DNA of 61,092 bases from Gemmatimonadota bacterium (GCA_039590195.1 JBDHFY010000001.1:1-61092); one strand, 5' to 3'; positions 27,356-38,435 are shown, counted from the stretch's first letter. Numbers and translations are program-made. Notes: generated by a model not told the origin, from the sequence alone.

Positions 27356-29650
27356 ATGTACCAAATAACCATACAATCACTGCATCGCACGGTCCTGTTC
27401 CTCGCGGGGATGGCCGCGCTCTCGTTGGCCCCAGGATTGCGCGCCCAGACGGCGGCAAGTGCCGGAGAATCGGCGCCGGCCGCGGAGAGTGCCTTGCTCA
27501 CGGGTGCGCCGCCCGTGATCGACGGGCGCCTGAACGAGGAATCGTGGCGTACCGCCGCGGCGATCACGGACTTCGTGCAGCACGAGCCGTTCGAGGGCAT
27601 GGAGGCATCCGAGCAATCCGAGCTTCGGATTCTGCACGACGCCGAGGCCGTGTACGTCGGGGCCTGGATGTTTGACCGGGACCCGACAGGTATCATCGTG
27701 GGGGAGACGCGCCGGGACGCGAGCCTCGACGACACGGACGCGCTGCTGCTCGTGCTGGATACCTATCTCGATCGCCAAAATGCCTTCGTGTTCGGCACGA
27801 CTCCTGCCGGCATTGAGTATGACGGGCAGGTGACGAGGGAAGGGCAAGGGGGCTTCGGCGGCGGCGGCCGGCCTGGTCAGCGGCAGCAGCGGGGATCCGG
27901 CGGTGGTCTCAACCTGAACTGGGACGGCAGCTGGGACGTGGCCACCTCCGTCGACGAGCGGGGCTGGTACGCCGAGTTCCGTATTCCGTTTGCGACACTG
28001 CGGTATGGGCGTGGTGGGCCACAGGAGTGGGGGATGAACATCGCCCGGCACGTCCGCCGCCGCAACGAGCAATCCTTCTGGGCTCCGATCCCCCGGCAGC
28101 ACGATCTGTACCGCATCTCGCTGGCCGGCACGCTCTCGGGGATCGAGGCGCCGACGCGCCAAACGCTGGACATGACTCCGTACATGCTCAGCTCGGCGCA
28201 CCGGGATTTTGATACAATGACGAAGGCCGATGTCACCGGGGATATCGGCGGTGACGCCAAAATCGGCCTTGCGCCGAGCGTGACCCTGGATCTCACCTAC
28301 AACACCGATTTTGCCCAGGTCGAGGTCGATGACGAGCAGATCAATCTCACGCGCTTCCGGCTGTTCTTCCCGGAGAAGCGACCGTTCTTTCTCGAGAATG
28401 CCGGGACGTTTTCCGTAGGCACGCCGCGAGACACGGAGTTGTTCTTCAGCCGGCGGATTGGCATCGAGAGCGAAACTGGTAGCGAAGTCCCCATTCTTGG
28501 CGGCGCGCGCCTCAGCGGGAAGGTCGGGGGTGTGACCGTCGGCTTGTTGAACATCCAGACCGAGCGGATCGAGGAAATCGATGTCGGCACGGGTCTGTCC
28601 AGCGAGTTGGCACCGCCCAACAACTTCTCGGTCGCGCGTGTGCTGCACGAATTACCGAACCGCTCACGCGTGGGTGCGATATTTGTGAGCCGCTTGAACA
28701 CCGGGGACACCGACGACTACAATCTGACCTATGCCGTCGATGGCCGCATGGGCATCGGGGATGCCGTAACGCTCAACGGGTATGCCGCGCGAACCGAGAC
28801 ACCGGGTATCACAGGCAGTGAGCACGCGGTGAACTTCGACGGGAGCTACGCGACGCGCAACTGGAGTGGCGGGTTTTCGTTTCGAGAGGTAGGGGAGAAC
28901 TTCAATCCTGAGGTCGGATTTCTCACCCGGTCCTCCTACCGATTTCTGAGTGGCCGCATCCTTCGCCACATCCGGGTTCCGTCCGTGTCCTGGTTCCGGG
29001 AACTTCGACCCCACATCAGTTACCGTGAGTTCCTCGATCTGGATTGGTTCTCCGAGACCCGTGTGATTCACATCGACAGCCACTTCGAGTTCTTCAACGG
29101 GGCCTTTTTTCAGCTGCCAGCCATCAACCTCACACGCGAGGGTTTGCAGGATCCTTTCGAGATCGCCGAAGGTGTCGTCGTTCCACCGGGGACGTACGAC
29201 AACGTGGAGTGGGGCTTTGCGTTCAACACGGACGAAAGTGCGCCGCTTTCGATCAACAGCCGCATCACCATTGGTGGTTTTTATTCTGGCCACCGCAAGG
29301 GAGCCACCGGAACGATTAACGCACGGCTCGGCACCACACTCGCTGCTGGCCTGCGCTTCGGTTACGATGATGTCGATCTCCGGGAAGGCAGTTTCGAGAC
29401 GGCGGTGATAAGCCTCCGCGTGGCCTATTCGTTCACCCCGCGGATCTATCTGCAATCACTGATCCAGTACAACAACCAGACCGACAACTTCTCGAGCAAT
29501 GTGCGGTTCGGCTGGCTGAATACCGCCGGAACAGGGCTATTTCTCGTGTACAATGACGTCGAGCTCGTGCAGCCACGTGGTACCCGTTTGGAGCCCGTCA
29601 ATCGGGCGTTCATCCTGAAATTCACGCGGCAGTTCAATCTGATCCGGTGA
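27356..29650 (+). CDS. CBM9-like plus DUF5916-like outer-membrane beta-barrel protein
   Basis: Signal peptide, PVIDGRLNE..W, GWYAEFRIPF, NTDFAQVEVD, LFFPEKRPFFLE, LFFSRRIG, beta-strand-like C-terminus. Confidence 0.8.
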   Translation: MYQITIQSLHRTVLFLAGMAALSLAPGLRAQTAASAGESAPAAESALLTGAPPVIDGRLNEESWRTAAAITDFVQHEPFEGMEASEQSELRILHDAEAVYVGAWMFDRDPTGIIVGETRRDASLDDTDALLLVLDTYLDRQNAFVFGTTPAGIEYDGQVTREGQGGFGGGGRPGQRQQRGSGGGLNLNWDGSWDVATSVDERGWYAEFRIPFATLRYGRGGPQEWGMNIARHVRRRNEQSFWAPIPRQHDLYRISLAGTLSGIEAPTRQTLDMTPYMLSSAHRDFDTMTKADVTGDIGGDAKIGLAPSVTLDLTYNTDFAQVEVDDEQINLTRFRLFFPEKRPFFLENAGTFSVGTPRDTELFFSRRIGIESETGSEVPILGGARLSGKVGGVTVGLLNIQTERIEEIDVGTGLSSELAPPNNFSVARVLHELPNRSRVGAIFVSRLNTGDTDDYNLTYAVDGRMGIGDAVTLNGYAARTETPGITGSEHAVNFDGSYATRNWSGGFSFREVGENFNPEVGFLTRSSYRFLSGRILRHIRVPSVSWFRELRPHISYREFLDLDWFSETRVIHIDSHFEFFNGAFFQLPAINLTREGLQDPFEIAEGVVVPPGTYDNVEWGFAFNTDESAPLSINSRITIGGFYSGHRKGATGTINARLGTTLAAGLRFGYDDVDLREGSFETAVISLRVAYSFTPRIYLQSLIQYNNQTDNFSSNVRFGWLNTAGTGLFLVYNDVELVQPRGTRLEPVNRAFILKFTRQFNLIR

Positions 29651-29732
29651 CGCGGCGAGGGCGGTATCTGGACAGAAGCCGTCATTGGACGCCCGGGAGG
29701 ATGCCGGGCGTCGTGCCGTTGGTGAGTATGCC

Positions 29733-30668
29733 ATGAAGGCCTTCTACTGCGATCACTTCGCCCTTCCTCTGCCGCAGGGACACCGTTTTCCGATCACAAA
29801 GTACGCGCGACTGCGGGAGAGCATCGCACTCGATGGACGGGCCGACGCGATCACGCTCCAAGTACCGCACGCGGCGACCGATGATGAGCTCGAGCGGGCC
29901 CACCGGCACGAGTATGTGTGGCGAGTGGTGACGGGCGGGCTGTCGGAGGCCGAGACTCGACGCATCGGCTTTCCATGGTCCCCCGAGTTGGTCGAGCGCT
30001 CTCGCCGATCGGCCGGCGGTACCATCGCCGCGTGTCGCGCAGCGCTCGAAGAGGGGGTCTCGGTCAATCTGGCCGGGGGGACGCATCACGCCTTCGTGGA
30101 CCGTGGTGAGGGTTTCTGCATGTTCAACGACAGCGCTGTTGCCGCAAAGGCCATGCAGGCGGAGGGCCGCGTGACGAGCGTTGCGGTGGTCGACTGCGAT
30201 GTGCATCAGGGGAACGGCACGGCGGCGATCTTCGCAGGTGACCCCACGGTGTTCACGTTCTCGATCCACGGGGCGAACAACTTCCCGTTCCGGAAAGCGC
30301 GGAGCGACCTCGATGTCGAACTTCCGGACGGGTCCGGTGATGCGACCTATCTGGAGGCGCTGGGCTGGGGGCTCCAGCAGGTGCTCGAGGCCGGCCGGCC
30401 GGAGCTGGTGATCTATGTGTCGGGTGCCGATCCGTTTCACGGTGACATGCTCGGTCGATTGGGCCTGAGCAAAGCCGGTCTCGCTGAGCGAGACCGGCGG
30501 GTAGTCGAGACGTTCGCGGGAAACGGGTCCGCGCTCGCGGTGGTGATGGCCGGTGGCTACGCCGCCGACGTGGAAGACACGGTCGCCATCCATCGGCAGA
30601 CGGTCCGCGAGGCCGCGGACGCGTGGTGTCGGCTGACCGGGGCGGCCGTGTCACGACAGGTCCCCTGA
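29733..30668 (+). CDS. Histone deacetylase family protein
   Basis: HRFP, GGTHHA, GFC.FND, DCDVHQGNGT, GAD, GGY. Confidence 0.93.
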   Translation: MKAFYCDHFALPLPQGHRFPITKYARLRESIALDGRADAITLQVPHAATDDELERAHRHEYVWRVVTGGLSEAETRRIGFPWSPELVERSRRSAGGTIAACRAALEEGVSVNLAGGTHHAFVDRGEGFCMFNDSAVAAKAMQAEGRVTSVAVVDCDVHQGNGTAAIFAGDPTVFTFSIHGANNFPFRKARSDLDVELPDGSGDATYLEALGWGLQQVLEAGRPELVIYVSGADPFHGDMLGRLGLSKAGLAERDRRVVETFAGNGSALAVVMAGGYAADVEDTVAIHRQTVREAADAWCRLTGAAVSRQVP

Positions 30669-30814
30669 CCTCCCTGAGGCTCGCTACGACCTACGGGCCG
30701 ATGTGGATCGACCGTCTGAAGGGCGCAGGCGTCTCTTGGCCCTTGCCACGGTCGCCCGATTAGTGATAAATGAATCGGAAGACCAGCGAGCAACGTCCAT
30801 CGGAGGATCCTCAC

Positions 30815-31336
30815 ATGAAGCTTGGCGCCTTGAACCTCAAAGCCTGGGTTGACGAGCACCGGGAGCTGCTCAAACCGCCTGTCGGCAACAAGATGGTGTG
30901 GCAAGACAGCGAGTTCCTCGTGATGGTCGTCGGCGGGCCGAATCAGCGGAAGGACTTCCACGTCGAGGAAGGGGAGGAGTTCTTCTACCAGATCGAGGGC
31001 GACATCACGGTTCGTATTATCGAGGAGGGCGAGCCGCGGGACATAGCGATCAAGGAAGGCGAGATGTACCTTCTGCCGGCTCGTGTTCCCCACTCGCCCC
31101 AGCGTCCGGCGGGAACGATCGGGATGGTCATCGAGCGCCAGCGGAAACCGGGGGAGCTGGATCATCTCAGGTGGTACTGCGAGGAGTGCGGAGACGTTCT
31201 TCATGACGCGTCGTTCCAGTTGGAGGATCTCGGCACGCAGCTCAAGCCGATTATCGAGAGTTTCTATTCCGACGAGGGGATGCGCGCCTGCAAGAAGTGC
31301 GGCGCCGTGATGGAAGTCCCCGCGCCGGCGAAATAG
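30815..31336 (+). CDS. nbaC: 3-hydroxyanthranilate 3,4-dioxygenase
   Basis: [31 protein letters not shown], rubredoxin-like CEEC...CKKC; GGAGG RBS. Confidence 0.96.
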   Translation: MKLGALNLKAWVDEHRELLKPPVGNKMVWQDSEFLVMVVGGPNQRKDFHVEEGEEFFYQIEGDITVRIIEEGEPRDIAIKEGEMYLLPARVPHSPQRPAGTIGMVIERQRKPGELDHLRWYCEECGDVLHDASFQLEDLGTQLKPIIESFYSDEGMRACKKCGAVMEVPAPAK

Positions 31337-31368
31337 CGACAGACCGGGATCCGGCGGAGGCTCCGGAA

Positions 31369-32382
31369 CTGAAGATCGATCTCCACACCCACATTCTTCC
31401 CAAGACGTGGCCGGATCTGCGCGAGCGTTACGGCTACGGCGGCTTCATCAGATTGGAACACCACGCACCGGGTTGTGCCAAGATGATGATGGATGGTAAC
31501 CCGTTTCGGGAGGTGGGGGAGAATTGTTGGAATCCGGAGTGCCGCATCGACGAGTGCGACCGGCACGGCGTCGAGGTGCAGGTGCTTTCCACCGTGCCGG
31601 TCATGTTCTCCTATTGGGCCAAACCCGAGCACGCTCTCGATCTCTCCCAATTACTGAACGACCACATCGCAGGCATCGTACGAGACTATCCGAATCGATT
31701 CGTCGGGCTCGGGACCGTGCCAATGCAGGCACCGGACCTGGCCGCGAGGGAAGTCGAACGATGTGTAAGAGAACTGCGACTCGCCGGCATTCAGATCGGA
31801 ACGCACGTCAATGGGCGCAACCTCGATGACACCGGTGTCGTGGCCGTGCTGGAGTGCGCGCGGGATTTGGGGGCGGCGGTCTTCGTCCACCCGTGGGACA
31901 TGATGGCGAGGGAACGTCTGGTCAAGTACTGGCTCAGTTGGCTGGTGGGAATGCCGACCGAGACCGCAGTGGCAATCTGCTCGGTGATATTTGGTGGCGT
32001 GTTGGACCGACTACCGGACCTGCGGCTCTGCTTCGCCCATGGTGGAGGCGCCTTTCCCGGAATCCTCGGGAGAATCGAGCACGGGTTCAATGTCCGCCCA
32101 GATCTTTGCGCGGTGGCCAACGCGTCGAGTCCTCGGAGTTACTTGGGAAAGTTCTACGTCGATTCGCTGGTACACGATGGAGATGCCCTACGTCGACTGA
32201 TTGAGCAGATAGGTATCGATCGCGTGGCGTTGGGTTCGGATTACCCATTTCCTCTCGGCGAGCAGGTTCCCGGCACGCTGATCGAATCTCTCGACGATCT
32301 GTCGCCGGATCACCGTGATCGATTGCTGTCCGGAACCAGCCTGGAATTTCTGGGTCTCGAGCGCGAGGCGTTTGAACGGTGA
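31369..32382 (+). CDS. nbaD: 2-amino-3-carboxymuconate-6-semialdehyde decarboxylase (ACMSD)
   Basis: [54 protein letters not shown]. Start either CTG 31369 or GTG 31297. Confidence 0.92.
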   Translation: MKIDLHTHILPKTWPDLRERYGYGGFIRLEHHAPGCAKMMMDGNPFREVGENCWNPECRIDECDRHGVEVQVLSTVPVMFSYWAKPEHALDLSQLLNDHIAGIVRDYPNRFVGLGTVPMQAPDLAAREVERCVRELRLAGIQIGTHVNGRNLDDTGVVAVLECARDLGAAVFVHPWDMMARERLVKYWLSWLVGMPTETAVAICSVIFGGVLDRLPDLRLCFAHGGGAFPGILGRIEHGFNVRPDLCAVANASSPRSYLGKFYVDSLVHDGDALRRLIEQIGIDRVALGSDYPFPLGEQVPGTLIESLDDLSPDHRDRLLSGTSLEFLGLEREAFER

Positions 32383-33707
32383 GCAGCGTTCAGCGTGCCG
32401 CGACGGGATCCGGGGACCACGATGCCCTGCGACTGGATCGGAAGTACGCCGAAGAATTGGATGCGGGGGATCGACTTGCTCCCTACCGTGAACGTTTCGC
32501 ATTGCCCAGGGGCCCGCATGGCGGGAGTGTGGTGTACCTCTGTGGCAATTCCCTGGGATTGATGCCGAAGCGTGCGCGGGATCTCGTGGAGCGAGAACTC
32601 GACGACTGGTCCACGCTGGGAGTCCAGGCGCACTTCCGGGGTCGGGCGCCGTGGTACTCCTATCACAAGCGGTTCCAGGAGACGGGGGCACGACTCGTTG
32701 GAGCGATCGAAGGCGAAGTCGTGATGATGAACAGTCTGACCGTCAACCTCCACCTCATGATGGTGTCGTTCTACCGGCCGCAAGGAACGCGAACCAAAAT
32801 TCTGATGGAGGACCACGCGTTCCCATCCGACCAATATGCCGTGAAATCTCAGGTTGCGCTGCACGGCCTGGACCCCGCTGAGGCCATCGTCGTCGCTCGC
32901 TCTCGCGCCGGAGAGACGGCGCTCCGCACAGACGATATCGTCGAGCTCCTGAAGGCAAGAGGTGACGAAATCGCGCTGGTACTGCTGGGAGGAGTGAACT
33001 ACTTCACGGGACAGCAATTTGAGATGGACCGTATCGTGGAGGCCGCGAGACGTGAGGGATGTCTGGTAGGGCTCGATCTCGCTCACGCAGTGGGAAACGT
33101 ACCTCTCGACCTGCATGACTGGGAGGTGGATTTCGCGGTCTGGTGCTCCTACAAGTACTTGAACGGTGGTCCCGGAGCCGTCGCGGGCTGCTTTGTGCAC
33201 GAGCGACATGCGAAGTCTGCGGAGGTGCTGCGCCTCGCCGGCTGGTGGGGCAATGACCCCGCGACTCGGTTTTGCATGAGCAGTGATTTTGAGCCGGCGG
33301 TCGGCGCGGACGGTTGGCAGCTCAGCAACCCTCCCATTCTGGCGATGGCTCCACTCGAAGCCTCTCTCGAGTTATTCGACGAGGTGGGCATGAGTGCCTT
33401 GCGGGCTAAATCCGTCCGATTGACAGGATACTTGGAAGGTCTGCTGCGCAATCTCGGGAGTGAAAGCCTCGAGATCGTCACGCCGTCGGATCCCGGGGCT
33501 CGGGGGTGCCAACTCTCCCTCCGGGTTCTCGGGAGTCTCGAAGCAACGCTCGACGGGCTGACGGAACGCGGGATCGTCGTCGATTCTCGCGAGCCCGACA
33601 TCATTCGGGTGGCCCCGGTGCCTTTCTACAACACATTCCAGGACGCTTGGGTGTTTGCCGCCGCCTTGGGCGAATTAATGGGTTCCGCCATGTTGCGAAG
33701 GTTATGA
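32379..33707 (+). CDS. kynU: Kynureninase
   Basis: [44 protein letters not shown] (PLP lysine). Confidence 0.96.
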   Translation: MSSVQRAATGSGDHDALRLDRKYAEELDAGDRLAPYRERFALPRGPHGGSVVYLCGNSLGLMPKRARDLVERELDDWSTLGVQAHFRGRAPWYSYHKRFQETGARLVGAIEGEVVMMNSLTVNLHLMMVSFYRPQGTRTKILMEDHAFPSDQYAVKSQVALHGLDPAEAIVVARSRAGETALRTDDIVELLKARGDEIALVLLGGVNYFTGQQFEMDRIVEAARREGCLVGLDLAHAVGNVPLDLHDWEVDFAVWCSYKYLNGGPGAVAGCFVHERHAKSAEVLRLAGWWGNDPATRFCMSSDFEPAVGADGWQLSNPPILAMAPLEASLELFDEVGMSALRAKSVRLTGYLEGLLRNLGSESLEIVTPSDPGARGCQLSLRVLGSLEATLDGLTERGIVVDSREPDIIRVAPVPFYNTFQDAWVFAAALGELMGSAMLRRL

Positions 33708-35035
33708 GCGACGATGCCACGCGATTCACGGTGATCGGCGCGGGATTAGGTGGCGCGTTGATGGCCATCTATCTCGGCCGTGCCGGTCACGAGGTTGAGG
33801 TGTATGAGCGACGGGCCGACCCGCGACGAGCCCAACGCCAAGAGGTTCGCTCGATCAACCTCGCCATTTCGACGCGGGGACTCGAGGCCCTTGCCAAAGT
33901 CGGCCTGGCTGGGCCGGTGCTGGACATGGCGGTGCCAATGAGAGGCAGAATGGTGCATTCGCCGACGGGAAAATGCGCCTTTCAGCCCTACGGTGCAGAT
34001 GCGCATCAGGCCATCAACTCGGTGTCACGGGCCGGGCTCAACATGCTCCTGCTCGATGCGGCCGAGCAGCTACCGAGTGTTCGGGTCAAGTTCGCGCAGC
34101 GCCTGACGGGCATCGATCTCGAGGCAGGTGTTCTGGCGCTCGAAGACGAAAGCACCGGTGAGGTGCGGGAGGTATCAGGAGGTGTCATTGTCGGGGCTGA
34201 TGGGGCATTCTCCGCCGTGCGAGGCCAGCTGCGGCGACTCGACCGATTCGATTTTCGACAGTCCTACCTCCAGCACGGCTACAAGGAGCTGACAATTCCG
34301 GCGACGAGCGATGCCGGATTCCGCCTGGAGAAACACGCATTACACATCTGGCCCCGCGGGGGCTACATGATGATCGCGCTGCCGAATCGCGACGGGTCGT
34401 TCACCTGCACACTCTTCTGGCCCTTTGAGGGGCCGAACAGCTTCGATGTTCTCAAGACCGATGCGGACGTACAGCGCTTCTTCGCCGCGCAATTTTCGGA
34501 TGCTGTGCCGCACATGCCGACGCTCATCCACGAGTATTTCACCAATCCCACGAGTTCGCTGGTGACGATCCGTTGCGGCCCGTGGTACTTCCAGGACCGG
34601 GTCGTGTTGTTGGGTGACGCCTGCCACGCGGTCGTTCCCTTCTACGGGCAGGGGGCAAACGCCGCATTCGCTGATTGCACCGTTTTGAGTGAAGCGATCA
34701 GACGGCATGCACCGAACTGGCAGGCTGCATTCGGGGAATACTACGAGCTTCGCAAGGAACACACGGACGCCCTGGCGGATCTTGCCATCGACAATTTCGT
34801 AGAGATGAGAGATCGCGTGGCGTCCGAAGGATTTCGCGCCAAGAAGAAGATCGAGAAGGTCCTCCATCGCCTTTTCCCCCGCTGGTTCACGCCGCTCTAC
34901 AGCATGATAACATTCTCGCTGATGCCGTATGCCGAAGCGGTCCGTAAGGCTGAGCGGCAGGAGGCGGCCGTCAGGAACGTGGCCGTGTTTTTGTTGTTTC
35001 TCTTGTTGATCGGAGTAGTATGGCTATGGAGCTGA
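33704..35035 (+). CDS. kmo: Kynurenine 3-monooxygenase
   Basis: GAGLGG, RSINLAIS.RG, GADGAFSAVR, YKELTIP, LHIWPRG, GDACHAVVPFYGQG.N. Confidence 0.94.
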   Translation: MSDDATRFTVIGAGLGGALMAIYLGRAGHEVEVYERRADPRRAQRQEVRSINLAISTRGLEALAKVGLAGPVLDMAVPMRGRMVHSPTGKCAFQPYGADAHQAINSVSRAGLNMLLLDAAEQLPSVRVKFAQRLTGIDLEAGVLALEDESTGEVREVSGGVIVGADGAFSAVRGQLRRLDRFDFRQSYLQHGYKELTIPATSDAGFRLEKHALHIWPRGGYMMIALPNRDGSFTCTLFWPFEGPNSFDVLKTDADVQRFFAAQFSDAVPHMPTLIHEYFTNPTSSLVTIRCGPWYFQDRVVLLGDACHAVVPFYGQGANAAFADCTVLSEAIRRHAPNWQAAFGEYYELRKEHTDALADLAIDNFVEMRDRVASEGFRAKKKIEKVLHRLFPRWFTPLYSMITFSLMPYAEAVRKAERQEAAVRNVAVFLLFLLLIGVVWLWS

Positions 35036-35808
35036 CTTATGCGTCTTATTTGCAGTTGGAGGAACTGCTCGAGCTCCAGCGGCCACGCTCGAGCCCACCG
35101 GAACACGATGAGATGTTGTTCATCGTGATCCATCAGGTGTATGAGCTGTGGTTCAAATTGCTGCTCCACGAGTTCGAGAAGATCAAGAGCGATTTTTCCA
35201 ATAATGATCTATTCGGTGCCATCCACACGTTCAAGCGGGTGCGAACCGTGATGAAGACGCTGGTAGGGCAGCTGGACATCCTGGAGACGATGACGCCAAT
35301 GTCGTTCCTGGCGTTTCGTGACCGACTCGAGCGTGCGTCGGGCTTTCAGTCGATGCAGTTTCGAGAATGCGAGTTCATGTTGGGGCTCAAGAAGCAAGAG
35401 GTGCTTCAGCACTACGGCCGGGAGACGCCCGGATACGAGGCGGTGGTGCGACGCCTAGGTGAACGGACGCTCGTCGATCACTTCTACGATTTCCTGGAGC
35501 AGAATGGTGCGGAGATCCCGACCGATGTGCGAGAGCGGGACATTCGACTTCCCGCTGCTCCCAACCATCGAGTGCAAGAAGAGCTGTTGCGCGTGTACAC
35601 CAGCCGGCCGGAGCTGGCAATTCTCTTCGAGCTCATGACGGACTTTGACGAGGGGCAGCAAGAGTGGCGGTATCGCCATGTGAAGTTGGTGGAGCGGACC
35701 ATCGGAAACAAACGCGGCACCGGGGGTTCGCTGGGCGTGGACTTCCTCAAGCAGACGCTGTTTCAACCTGTCTTTCCCGACCTCTGGGCAATTCGAGTCC
35801 GCATGTAA
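35020..35808 (+). CDS. kynA: Tryptophan 2,3-dioxygenase
   Basis: TYASYLQL, HDEMLFIVIHQVYELWFK, ASGFQS, WRYRH, RTIG.K.GTGGS. Confidence 0.96.
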   Translation: MAMELTYASYLQLEELLELQRPRSSPPEHDEMLFIVIHQVYELWFKLLLHEFEKIKSDFSNNDLFGAIHTFKRVRTVMKTLVGQLDILETMTPMSFLAFRDRLERASGFQSMQFRECEFMLGLKKQEVLQHYGRETPGYEAVVRRLGERTLVDHFYDFLEQNGAEIPTDVRERDIRLPAAPNHRVQEELLRVYTSRPELAILFELMTDFDEGQQEWRYRHVKLVERTIGNKRGTGGSLGVDFLKQTLFQPVFPDLWAIRVRM

Positions 35809-35832
35809 TACTCTACGATCCGACATAGTGGG

Positions 35833-36450
35833 ATGATCTACGATATCACGCCGCCAATTTCGCCAAAGCTTGCCGTGTGGCCGGGCGACACTCCGCCAAC
35901 CCGCGAGGTGTTGCTGGACATGCGGACGGGAGCCAATCTCACATTGTCCACCCTGCATGCGACGGTGCACTTAGGCGCGCACGCGGATGCGCCTTCCCAT
36001 TACGGCATGGATGCGGCATCGATGGAGGTAATATCGCTCGAGCGTTACGTGGGCCCGTGCCAAGTCGTAAAGGTCGACGTGATGCGTGGCCAGCGGTTGA
36101 CGCCCGACGCGGTCTCGGGCCCGCTATCTGCGGAGCGGGTGCTCTTCGCCACGAATACGTTTCCAGATCCCACGGTGTTCAACGAAGATTTCGCTGCACT
36201 TTCCCCAGAGCTAGTGCGACACTTGGCAGGCGAAGGTGTCCGTCTGGTTGGCATCGATACACCGAGCGTTGACCTGTTCATTTCAAAGCACCTTGAGGCC
36301 CACAAGGCCTGCCTGCACCACGATGTCGCGATTTTGGAGGGCATTGTTCTCGAGGGGGTCCCGGAGGGCGTCTACGAGCTCCTCGCGCTGCCGCTCAAGC
36401 TGGTGGGCTTCGACGCCAGTCCGGTGCGGGCGGTTCTTAGGGAGACGTAG
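35833..36450 (+). CDS. kynB: Kynurenine formamidase (cyclase family)
   Basis: HLGAHADAPSH, GIDTPSVD, ILE, DASPVRAVL. Confidence 0.92.
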   Translation: MIYDITPPISPKLAVWPGDTPPTREVLLDMRTGANLTLSTLHATVHLGAHADAPSHYGMDAASMEVISLERYVGPCQVVKVDVMRGQRLTPDAVSGPLSAERVLFATNTFPDPTVFNEDFAALSPELVRHLAGEGVRLVGIDTPSVDLFISKHLEAHKACLHHDVAILEGIVLEGVPEGVYELLALPLKLVGFDASPVRAVLRET

Positions 36451-36454
36451 CGGC

Positions 36455-36486
36455 GTTGCGTGCAACGAAAGGGCGTTGTATGCAAC
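36455..36486. terminator. Hairpin between convergent kynB and ridA, possible bidirectional terminator
   Basis: GTTGCGTGCAACG-AAAGGG-CGTTGTATGCAAC, 13-bp stem with two G-U pairs on the + strand; no U-tract. Confidence 0.5.
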
Positions 36487-36490
36487 TCCC

Positions 36491-36919
36491 CTACGAGCCA
36501 ATCGTTGCCACCACCTTGAGCTCGATGGCGATGGGCGTTGGAAGCCTGGGGACCTCAACGGTCGTTCGGGCCGGGCGATTTGATGGAAAGTACTCGGCGT
36601 AGACCTGGTTGAACGTCGCAAAATCGTCCTTCAGGTTCGTGAGAAATGCCGTGATGTCCACGATGCGATCCCACGATGATCCAGCATCTTCGAGAACAAT
36701 TCGAACGTTGTCGAGCACCGTGCGACATTGTCGCGCGAAGTCGTACGACACGATCTTCCCGAAAGCGTCCGTCAGAACACCAGGCACCTCTTTTTCACCA
36801 CGGACACGCGGGCCGATGCCCGAGAGGAACAACAGATTCCCAACGCGCCGTGCGTGAGGATAGGGGCCGACGGGGTCGGGAGCCCGCGGGCTCACGAATT
36901 CATCTTGGCTTCTCGTCAT
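36491..36919 (-). CDS. RidA family protein, probable 2-aminomuconate deaminase
   Basis: PVGPYPHARRVGNLLFLSGIGP, FN.VY.EYF, PARTTVE, IELK; located in the kynurenine cluster. Confidence 0.85.
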   Translation of the reverse strand: MTRSQDEFVSPRAPDPVGPYPHARRVGNLLFLSGIGPRVRGEKEVPGVLTDAFGKIVSYDFARQCRTVLDNVRIVLEDAGSSWDRIVDITAFLTNLKDDFATFNQVYAEYFPSNRPARTTVEVPRLPTPIAIELKVVATIGS

Positions 36920-36986
36920 GGTGACGTGGAGTCCTCGGTAGATGTCGCCGACGACAAGTGCGCGCTGGTTCCGTGCCGATGTGCCG

Positions 36987-38432
36987 TTACAGCCGCACAC
37001 ATACGTTCTTGGCTTCGGTGAAGAACCGCAGAGCTTCTTCTCCCCCCTCTCGTCCGACGCCACTCTGCTTCATCCCACCAAATGGTACGCGGAGGTCGCG
37101 GAGCATCCAGCAGTTGATCCAGATGGTCCCGCATGCCGTGTGATCCGCAAGGCGATGGGCTCGCGCCAGATTCTCAGTCCAGATGCTGGCAGCAAGGCCG
37201 TACGGCGTGCGGTTTGCGTACGAGACGACCTCCTCCTCGCTCCTGAACGGTGTGATAGTGACTACGGGGCCAAAGATCTCTTCCTGATTGACGCGGCAGT
37301 CGACGCTCAGGTCGGTGATCACAGTTGGTCTGATGAAGTAGCCGTCCTTGCACCGCTCGGCGATGTCGTCAGGCGGACCGCCTCCACAGCGTATCTGGCC
37401 GCCTTCTGTCCTGGCCAACTCGATATAGCCGATGATCTTCTGTTGGTGAGCCTCGGAAATCACGGCCCCCTGATCCGTTTCGGGCTCCAGCGGGTCGCCG
37501 ACCCTGAGCGCCTTCGCCGCGGCCACGAAACGGTCGACGAACGACTCGTAGGCGGCCTCTTCAATGAAGATCCTGGAACCGCACAGGCAGATTTGACCCT
37601 GGTTCGAGAACGAAGACCTGAGCGCCCCGTCCATCACCTGGTCCATGTTGGCGTCTGCGAAGATGATGTTCGGATTCTTCCCGCCCAACTCGAGAGCCAC
37701 CTTCTTGAATGTCGGCGCGGCATTCCCAGCGATCTCTGCCCCTGTGGCGGTGCCTCCCGTGAATGAGATGGTGTTGACGTGCGGGTGCCTTGTGATCGCT
37801 GCTCCCACCGTGGGTCCGAGCCCATGGACGATGTTCAAGACCCCCGGTGGCAGGCCTGCTTCCTCACACAATCCGCCGAGCAGCGATGCGGTCATCGGCG
37901 TCATCTCAGACGGTTTGGCCACAGCGGTGTTTCCGACGGCCACCGCAGGTCCGATCTTCCACGTCAAGAGGTAGAGGGGAAGGTTCCAGGGCGAGATCAA
38001 CCCGGCAACACCGCGCGGACGCCGTAACGTGTAGTTGATCGCCACGTGATCCGTTGCGTGGGCCTCCGTACTGAAGTGCAGAATGGCGGTGGCAAAAAAC
38101 CGGAGATTCTGGATAGCTCTTGGAATGTCCACCGTTTGAGCGAGTGCCAGGGGCTTGCCGGTGTCGACACTTTCAGCCCTGGCAAATTCATCGCAACGGG
38201 CCTCCAAGAGGTCCGCAAGGCGGAGCATGATTCGCGAGCGCTGCTCCGCCGGGGTCTGAGACCACTCGGGGAACGCCGCAGTTGCCGCTTCAACGGCCCG
38301 ATCGACGTCCTCGCTACTGCCATCGGCCACGAGGGAATACACCGTCCCGGTTGCGGGATCAACGTTTTCGAGATAGTTGCCCGAACCCGGCGGGACGGTT
38401 TCTCCCCCGATGTAGTGGTTGAGTCGCTCCAT
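36987..38432 (-). CDS. Aldehyde dehydrogenase, probable 2-aminomuconate 6-semialdehyde dehydrogenase
   Basis: ISPWNLPLYLLTWKI, FTGGT, LELGGKNP, NQGQICLCGSR, EEIFGPV, W.NCWM.RDLRVPFGG; cluster context. Confidence 0.9.
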   Translation of the reverse strand: MERLNHYIGGETVPPGSGNYLENVDPATGTVYSLVADGSSEDVDRAVEAATAAFPEWSQTPAEQRSRIMLRLADLLEARCDEFARAESVDTGKPLALAQTVDIPRAIQNLRFFATAILHFSTEAHATDHVAINYTLRRPRGVAGLISPWNLPLYLLTWKIGPAVAVGNTAVAKPSEMTPMTASLLGGLCEEAGLPPGVLNIVHGLGPTVGAAITRHPHVNTISFTGGTATGAEIAGNAAPTFKKVALELGGKNPNIIFADANMDQVMDGALRSSFSNQGQICLCGSRIFIEEAAYESFVDRFVAAAKALRVGDPLEPETDQGAVISEAHQQKIIGYIELARTEGGQIRCGGGPPDDIAERCKDGYFIRPTVITDLSVDCRVNQEEIFGPVVTITPFRSEEEVVSYANRTPYGLAASIWTENLARAHRLADHTACGTIWINCWMLRDLRVPFGGMKQSGVGREGGEEALRFFTEAKNVCVRL

Positions 38433-38435
38433 TGC

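Noticed and set aside
27377-28648. Long antisense ORFs (this 423-aa one, also 52759..54027 and 59001..60212)
   Set aside because: All lie opposite well-supported genes and have no recognisable domains.
36942-37766. 274-aa + strand ORF opposite the aldehyde dehydrogenase
   Set aside because: Antisense shadow caused by GC-rich codon bias; no motifs of its own.
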